In this document: positions 58,916 through 64,000 of the stretch, in pieces
How positions within the stretch are numbered: position 1 is the first letter of the stretch
Layout: each line of letters opens with the position of its first letter
Source: Acutalibacteraceae bacterium
GTDB lineage: Bacteria > Bacillota > Clostridia > Oscillospirales > Acutalibacteraceae
Reading direction: 5' to 3'
DNA: 64,000 nucleotides
Assembly: GCA_045632485.1 (NCBI GenBank)
Contig: JAZQWT010000155.1
Span: forward strand, 7,626-71,625
Made by a program: the position numbers and the translations under genes
Notes under the pieces: generated by a model
Databases searched by the model: none
What the model saw: only the letters and a program-made list of their open reading frames with translations
What the model was told of the DNA's origin: nothing

Positions 58916-59620
58916 TTATACTTTCGGCGGTCTGCAAGGCATTAATATTGCTAAGCCGTTTTCACTTTCAAATACGCCGCACTGCCTTATATCTTTTGTG
59001 TTATGATATAGTGTTATGTCGCCGCCTAAACCGTCAACAACCTTTATAAAAAACTCTGCATCATACCACCTGCCGCTTATCTCAATCATACATTTTGACT
59101 TGTCTTTTTTTGCCTTGTGCATCTTAATTTTTGTTTTTATATCGGCAACATCAAAAACGGCTTTGTCAAAATGTTTGTATTCAGGCAAGCATCTTGCCAT
59201 TGTAAAGGGCTGCTTTTCGTTTTCTTCAATCATCGGTATATCAAGTGCATCTTTAAGCATAAAAGCATAAAAGCCGTTTATAATACTGCACTGCATTTTG
59301 TCGCCGTTTATCTCTTCAAAAAAGCCTTTCTTCATATCTTCTCTCTGATTGGTAGCAATTAACTTTGCTATAAGTTTTGACCGCTTTACGAATGTGTTTC
59401 CTCTTGTTTCTTTCTGTGCCTGCTCTTTTAACTCTTTTTTCAACTCTTGCACTATTTCGGCAAGTTCAAAAATCGGTTCATTAATGTGCGGGTAAACTTG
59501 CTTTATCGGTACTTGTGTTTTGCCTGCTGTTTCAAGTGCCGTTGTGAATTTGTTTCTGTCTGCTTCGTTCAGTGTGTTTACATAGCGTTCAATGTTTGCG
59601 ATAATCTGTTCTTTTTTCAT
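58916..59620 (-). CDS. Hypothetical protein
   Basis: ATG 59620 after an AAAAGAGGTC SD (track start 59689). Confidence 0.55.
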   Translation of the reverse strand: MKKEQIIANIERYVNTLNEADRNKFTTALETAGKTQVPIKQVYPHINEPIFELAEIVQELKKELKEQAQKETRGNTFVKRSKLIAKLIATNQREDMKKGFFEEINGDKMQCSIINGFYAFMLKDALDIPMIEENEKQPFTMARCLPEYKHFDKAVFDVADIKTKIKMHKAKKDKSKCMIEISGRWYDAEFFIKVVDGLGGDITLYHNTKDIRQCGVFESENGLAILMPCRPPKV

Positions 59621-59640
59621 TGTTTTTGACCTCTTTTCAA

Positions 59641-59859
59641 TTAATCTTTGCGACTGTCTTTTTCTATCTCTTGCCCGCAATACGGGCAAAATTTAACATC
59701 TTTAAGGCTGTAGCCGTCTTTGCTTTCAATAAGGGTATAAGGCTTTACATCGTGTAAGAAAATCGGTAAACGCTCTTTTAATGCCTGCTTTGTATATTTG
59801 CCGCTGTCATTACAAATGTGAATATAGCCCTCATTACTGTTTTTATCTCTGACTAACAT
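59641..59859 (-). CDS. Hypothetical protein with C-terminal CPYCG
   Basis: 72-aa ORF. Confidence 0.5.
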   Translation of the reverse strand: MLVRDKNSNEGYIHICNDSGKYTKQALKERLPIFLHDVKPYTLIESKDGYSLKDVKFCPYCGQEIEKDSRKD

Positions 59860-59900
59860 ATTGACTCACCCTTTCAATAAATGTTTCAAATCGGCTCATT

Positions 59901-59923
59901 AAGGGGCTTATAAAGCCCCCTTT
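59901..59923 (-). terminator. Weak terminator-like hairpin
   Basis: GGGGCUU-UAU-AAGCCCC after the J-domain gene. Poor U-tract. Confidence 0.35.
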
Positions 59924-60410
59924 AAGCGTATGCAAGTTTTACCTGCTCTTCTTTTGTTTTGATTGTTTCGCTGCCGTATTTCAATCTGATTTCAGCAAGT
60001 GTTTTTTTGCTCTTGCGGGGCTTATAATCGCCGCTGTGCCAACACCACGCTTTTTTCTTCGCTGCATATTTGAAGCCTAAACCTTTTAACTGAGTGCGAT
60101 ATTCAAAAGCATCAAAACACCAAACCCAAGTGCCGATAATCTCAATATCAATATTAAAATTAATGATACTGTTGATTATATCTCTGAACTGTTCGCTTGT
60201 TTCGTTTGTTGCTTTTTCGTATGTTTCGCCGTCTGCGTTTGTATGAAAGTTTTTTACTCTGTTGAACAACTCGTCATATTCTGCGTTTATTTGCTTCATA
60301 ATATCGTTTGTTGTGCCGTTGTTCAAATCGGGGTGATACTGTTTTGCTAACTTCTTATACTGCTTTTTCAACTCTTCAAGAGTCTTTACATTAACAAAGT
60401 ATTTTGCCAT
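59922..60410 (-). CDS. J-domain (DnaJ-like) protein
   Basis: YKKLAKQYHPDLNNG contains the HPD motif. 162 aa. Confidence 0.65.
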   Translation of the reverse strand: MAKYFVNVKTLEELKKQYKKLAKQYHPDLNNGTTNDIMKQINAEYDELFNRVKNFHTNADGETYEKATNETSEQFRDIINSIINFNIDIEIIGTWVWCFDAFEYRTQLKGLGFKYAAKKKAWCWHSGDYKPRKSKKTLAEIRLKYGSETIKTKEEQVKLAYA

Positions 60411-60423
60411 TTTTGCCGCCCCC

Positions 60424-60738
60424 TTACATTAACTCTTTAACAGTGCCGTGTGCGTGTAAATCACGCTCTACGCCTAAACCGTAACGGTTTAATCTTGCAA
60501 GGCTTTCAAGTTCTGATAAATAGAAGTAACCTGCTTCAAAGCCGTAACCCATATCAACATAACCGAAAAATTCATAGTCGCCGTTTTCAAGTTTTTGACC
60601 CTCGACAACTAACCAAGTGCCCACCCCGTAAGGGTAGAAGAATTTAACAATAACCTCTGCATCTTTGCCCTGACCGTCTTTTGAATAAATAGGTGCGTTT
60701 GCAATTTTCTTTTCAATTTCTTTTGTCATAAGTTTCAT
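60424..60738 (-). CDS. DUF2958-like protein
   Basis: LMTKEIEKK...VKFFYPYGVGTWLVVEG...FFGYVD...GYFYLSELESL pattern. Confidence 0.5.
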   Translation of the reverse strand: MKLMTKEIEKKIANAPIYSKDGQGKDAEVIVKFFYPYGVGTWLVVEGQKLENGDYEFFGYVDMGYGFEAGYFYLSELESLARLNRYGLGVERDLHAHGTVKELM

Positions 60739-60767
60739 TTTTTATGCCGCCTTTCTTTGTTGTGACT

Positions 60768-60838
60768 TCATTGTAACACTTTTGTGTTATAAAAACAATA
60801 GACAGTTTGTAAATGATTTATGAACAAATTATGAACGC
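60768..60838 (-). promoter_or_regulatory. Promoter cassette copy 5
   Basis: TTGTTT-17-TACAAT with upstream repeats TTCATAATTTG, TTCATAAATCA and TTTACAAACTG. Confidence 0.5.
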
Positions 60839-61014
60839 TTTTTCTCTTCACCTCTCTTTATATTTTATATACCACAATTGAGATATAATTAAACATCAAA
60901 AAAATATTAATATTATAGTTTATTTTGGTTTAATTATATAGCAAAAGTGGTATAATATTAATGAAGGGTAGTAATATAACAGAAAATCAACTAAAATAAA
61001 AAAGGGTGATAACA

Positions 61015-61266
61015 ATGACTGAAAAACAAATTTTGACTTATGCAATCAAAGGTATTGCAGCCGAAATTGAACAACTTGAAAAAGATATTAAGCAAGGTTA
61101 CAAATTCATTGAACAAATCGAAAACGGCGAAAAGGTAAAAACACCAAAAACAAAATTTGAAATTCTTGAAATCATTACAGAAAAAGATAAAAAAATGAAA
61201 GAACTTGAAAAAGAAAAATTTGCATTAAGTTGGCAAGTCGAAGTTGAAATGACCGACCAAAACTAA
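61015..61266 (+). CDS. Small coiled-coil protein
   Basis: ATG 61015 after an AAAGGGTGA SD. TGgTATAAT extended -10 at ~60946-60954. Convergent with the endolysin gene. Confidence 0.5.
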   Translation: MTEKQILTYAIKGIAAEIEQLEKDIKQGYKFIEQIENGEKVKTPKTKFEILEIITEKDKKMKELEKEKFALSWQVEVEMTDQN

Positions 61267-61274
61267 AAAGGCAT

Positions 61275-61311
61275 AAAAAAAAGAGGGTGCAAAAAGCACC
61301 CTCGATTTTTT
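61275..61311. terminator. Bidirectional terminator
   Basis: GAGGGTGC-AAAAA-GCACCCTC flanked by an A-run and a T-run. Confidence 0.7.
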
Positions 61312-61314
61312 GAT

Positions 61315-62265
61315 TTATACTCTTTTTGTATATTTCAGGCTTATCCAACCTGCACCGCTTTTGAGTTTGCCCCAACCGTCTTTTTCTTCAACGATTGTAT
61401 AAACTCCCTTGTTTGTAATAACGCCCGTGATAGCGTATTTTGTGCCTGCACCCTTGCGAATATTCAAAGAATCGGCTGTAACCTTTACAAGATACGGCGT
61501 TTCCTCTGAAAGCCCTGTAGCCATTCTGAGAATTTCTCTTGAATCAGCGGCAGTCACTTTTCCGTCACCGTCAACATCTGCGGCGGCTTTTTGCTGTTCC
61601 GTCAATTTCTCAGAACCTACGCTTGCTCTGAGGGCAAGTCTTGAATCGGCGGCTGTTACCTTGCCGTCACCGTCAATATCACCTGCAATTACTTTTCCTT
61701 TGTTGAGAATAGTTTTAACCTTATTCTTAAAGTCAGTCCATTCACTTGCGTTTTTAACCATTTGTGCAGGACATTCCTTGTGTGTTACATCATAGTGACG
61801 AAGAACATAAGTATCAACTTCAGCGGCGGTTATGTTAAGCATTTCACATAAGTAAGCACAAAGGTAAGCGGAGTTTTCCTTTGTCTTTTCGCTTATTTTA
61901 TAGTTTCCTGCGGTACAACACATTTCAATACCGATAGAGTTAGCATTTCTGCATTTACTATGATAGTATTTTCCGTCTGTTCCGCAATGCCAAGCAATAT
62001 CCCTGAGTTCTGCACTTTGGTAAATGCTGTTATCATCTGTAAAGAAGTGTGCAGAAACATTCACATCATTATTTTTGAAATATGTTGCATTGTTTTTTGC
62101 AGTGTCCTTCTTGTTGCCTGTGTAATGTATAACAATGTAAACAACATTTCTGCTTGCTTTGTTTTGGTAGTTTCCGCTGTTGCATATAAGACTTGTATTA
62201 ACAGTGATTCCATTAATCTTTGCGGAAATCATACCTGTATTAAGTGTCTTTGCCATTTGCTCCAC
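61315..62265 (-). CDS. Endolysin: N-acetylmuramoyl-L-alanine amidase + two dockerin-type repeats + SH3b
   Basis: Amidase_2-like IVIHYTGN...AHFF...AWHCG...NSIGIEMC. DIDGDGKVTAADSRLALR and DVDGDGKVTAADSREILR repeats. C-terminal SH3b-like domain. Confidence 0.85.
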   Translation of the reverse strand: MEQMAKTLNTGMISAKINGITVNTSLICNSGNYQNKASRNVVYIVIHYTGNKKDTAKNNATYFKNNDVNVSAHFFTDDNSIYQSAELRDIAWHCGTDGKYYHSKCRNANSIGIEMCCTAGNYKISEKTKENSAYLCAYLCEMLNITAAEVDTYVLRHYDVTHKECPAQMVKNASEWTDFKNKVKTILNKGKVIAGDIDGDGKVTAADSRLALRASVGSEKLTEQQKAAADVDGDGKVTAADSREILRMATGLSEETPYLVKVTADSLNIRKGAGTKYAITGVITNKGVYTIVEEKDGWGKLKSGAGWISLKYTKRV

Positions 62266-62314
62266 CTCATTGTTTTATTTTTTACAACAAAAAAAGCACT
62301 CGCAAGTGCCTTTT

Positions 62315-62566
62315 TTATTGTTCATTCTTTTTTGCTTCTTTGAGTCCTTGCATATATTCATCAGCGTCAATTGCTTCAGGTGTGAAAGAGTTATTTTTCC
62401 ACCAAGCCCATACGGAAGCACCGATAGTCACAAGCAATGTAATAAGTTCTGTTACCTGTTCATCTTCAATAGGAAGAATGGTATGTCCTGTTGATGTAAG
62501 AATCTGATTTACAAGAGCAATCACTAAAACTATTGTTCTTATAATTGTTTCCTTTTTGATGTTCAT
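62315..62566 (-). CDS. Holin
   Basis: 83 aa with two TM helices and a WAWWKNNSFT motif, as in LL-H/phi-LC3-type holins. Adjacent to the endolysin. Confidence 0.7.
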   Translation of the reverse strand: MNIKKETIIRTIVLVIALVNQILTSTGHTILPIEDEQVTELITLLVTIGASVWAWWKNNSFTPEAIDADEYMQGLKEAKKNEQ

Positions 62567-62578
62567 TGTTTTTCCTCC

Positions 62579-62917
62579 TTATTCGTGTTGAATTTCATTG
62601 GCGTGTAGTTCATTTTCGATGTACTTTTTCACTTCGCCGTTGCCACCTTCTTTTATGTAATCATCACCTGCGACAATTCGTTCACCTATCGGCATATCGT
62701 GGGACATTACAGTTAATCGCAAGCAGGAAAGATGATTTTCTTTCGTATGCTTTTTAATATCCTTTATATCTTTTGATATATCTTTATTTTCGGTGACAAA
62801 CTGTTTTATTTGCTTTATATCATCGGCAAAGTGAACGAAGAAAACTATTGCTCTCCAAATCACAATAGCGGCAGTGATAGCACCGCCGATTTTGATTATT
62901 GTATCTAACTCTTCCAT
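62579..62917 (-). CDS. Membrane-anchored hypothetical protein
   Basis: N-terminal TM IIKIGGAITAAIVIWRAIVFFVHF. Lies between the fibre and holin genes. Confidence 0.5.
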   Translation of the reverse strand: MEELDTIIKIGGAITAAIVIWRAIVFFVHFADDIKQIKQFVTENKDISKDIKDIKKHTKENHLSCLRLTVMSHDMPIGERIVAGDDYIKEGGNGEVKKYIENELHANEIQHE

Positions 62918-62932
62918 TAAATCACCGCCTTA

Positions 62933-63997
62933 TTATTCACAAATATAGCGTATAGTCGCACAGAAGTTTATACTTTCGGAAGAAGTATTTTCAAATGTTA
63001 GCCTGTAATAACCTGATGTGTATTCTACTTTTGAGATTTTAACAATGCTATCTAATGCCGAAAACTCCCCTTCTGCTTTCTCAACCGTCCCTGTAACATC
63101 AACGATTTTCATATTTTCGGGAGCACCATTGTATGACAAAACCCCTCGAGAACTAAGAGATTCTTGAATGTGTATCTGAAAAACAGGACATATACCAAAA
63201 TAATCAGCGGTTAAATAACTTTTTCCAAATGCAATAGCCTTCATATTGTTGAAAGGTGTTGTGAGCCAACGCCACGGTATGAAGTCACCATAGCCCACAT
63301 TTGTTCTCGTAGCAATTCCACCCTCATCGGGATAAGCGATTTGAACTATTCCGTCCTCACGGGCTTCAACACGAATCAGTCCACCCTTCCGTGTGGGATT
63401 GTCACTTACAGATGCAGGGTAAGCATACAAACCTGAAACCGTAAGTTCGGATAAAGCGGTGACAGATGCTTCAATTACCTGTTCTCCAACTCCATATCCT
63501 GACGGAGCCGCACCGAGATTAGTGCGAGCCGTTGCCGCACTGTTTGCACCTGTACCACCGTTAGCAACAGGCACAATGCCTACAAGGTCTCCTGCGTTCT
63601 GCCTTTGCAAGTCTGCTTTCCATACATTTGCTTTCTGATGATAGCGTATTGTTATCGGTGCATCTGCTGTAAGCCAATCATTGTTTGTAGGTGCAACTCC
63701 TGAATCGCCTGTCTTTGTGGGATATGTAAGTTTGATGTTTCTTGCACCCAAGCCATTGATATTGAAAGTAATATCCTTCTGAACGCTTGTCTTATTCGGC
63801 ACGATTGTAAGCGTTAAGCCGTTATACAGGCTCGATAAGCCTTCAAGTGTAGCACTGTAATTTACACCGTCTGAAGATGTTGCTTCTATCACGGAATTAA
63901 GCCCCTGAACCTTATTAAAACAGGTGATAGGCATTGTGGTATAATAGCCTTTCTTGAGCGTTGTAAATGTTTCGCCTGTGCCGTCATAAGTTGCCAT
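62933..63997 (-). CDS. Tail fibre / receptor-binding protein
   Basis: VPVANGGTGANSAATARTNLGAAPSG motif common in tail fibres. Last structural gene before the lysis cassette. Confidence 0.6.
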   Translation of the reverse strand: MATYDGTGETFTTLKKGYYTTMPITCFNKVQGLNSVIEATSSDGVNYSATLEGLSSLYNGLTLTIVPNKTSVQKDITFNINGLGARNIKLTYPTKTGDSGVAPTNNDWLTADAPITIRYHQKANVWKADLQRQNAGDLVGIVPVANGGTGANSAATARTNLGAAPSGYGVGEQVIEASVTALSELTVSGLYAYPASVSDNPTRKGGLIRVEAREDGIVQIAYPDEGGIATRTNVGYGDFIPWRWLTTPFNNMKAIAFGKSYLTADYFGICPVFQIHIQESLSSRGVLSYNGAPENMKIVDVTGTVEKAEGEFSALDSIVKISKVEYTSGYYRLTFENTSSESINFCATIRYICE

Positions 63998-64000
63998 TTC

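Overview
The whole 64 kb window is one temperate tailed-phage genome segment. Strong AGGAGG-type ribosome-binding sites (SD) and frequent ATGA/TAATG start-stop overlaps fit a low-GC Firmicutes/Clostridia host. About 95% of genes are on the minus strand, and no host flank is visible.

Gene order along the minus strand (high to low coordinates):
- Tail fibre, holin and an amidase endolysin carrying dockerin and SH3 modules (64.0-61.3 kb).
- An early/accessory block with DUF2958, J-domain, ASCH and XRE proteins (60.7-57.1 kb).
- An RNA-repair block: RtcB, an unknown 150-aa ORF, five tandem Y-RNA-like/tRNA-mimic genes, and Ro60 (TROVE+vWA) (55.2-51.2 kb).
- Two lipoproteins.
- A tightly coupled four-gene NAD+ block: PncA, Prs/Adps-like, NAMPT/Namat-like, NadE (50.2-46.6 kb).
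- A plus-strand lysogeny module: CI-like repressor, large serine integrase, and two resolvase-domain-only paralogues that lack the catalytic Ser (43.4-46.3 kb).
- Recombination and replication genes (RecT, DUF1351-like, NinB, SSB, replisome organiser, DnaC-like, RusA), two DNA methyltransferases, three HNH endonucleases, and a frameshifted MBL-fold gene.
- Many Cys-rich mini-proteins, including four Lar-like paralogues, plus dUTPase.
- The late module: sigma-like regulator, TerS, ParB+PAPS-reductase pair, TerL, portal, MuF fusion, 4 tRNAs, scaffold, capsid, neck proteins, BspA-type LRR protein, sheath-like and tube proteins, a chaperone with a +1-frame extension, and a tape measure gene that runs off the left edge.

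Tail genes at both window edges imply a circular or permuted genome larger than the window.

Main non-coding signals:
- The five-unit Y-RNA-like array.
- A 5-copy pseudoknot-like intergenic element.
- A 6-copy promoter cassette with 11-nt phased direct repeats.
- Two homologous promoter-leader-terminator cassettes.

All functional calls come from motif reading by eye; no database search was possible.
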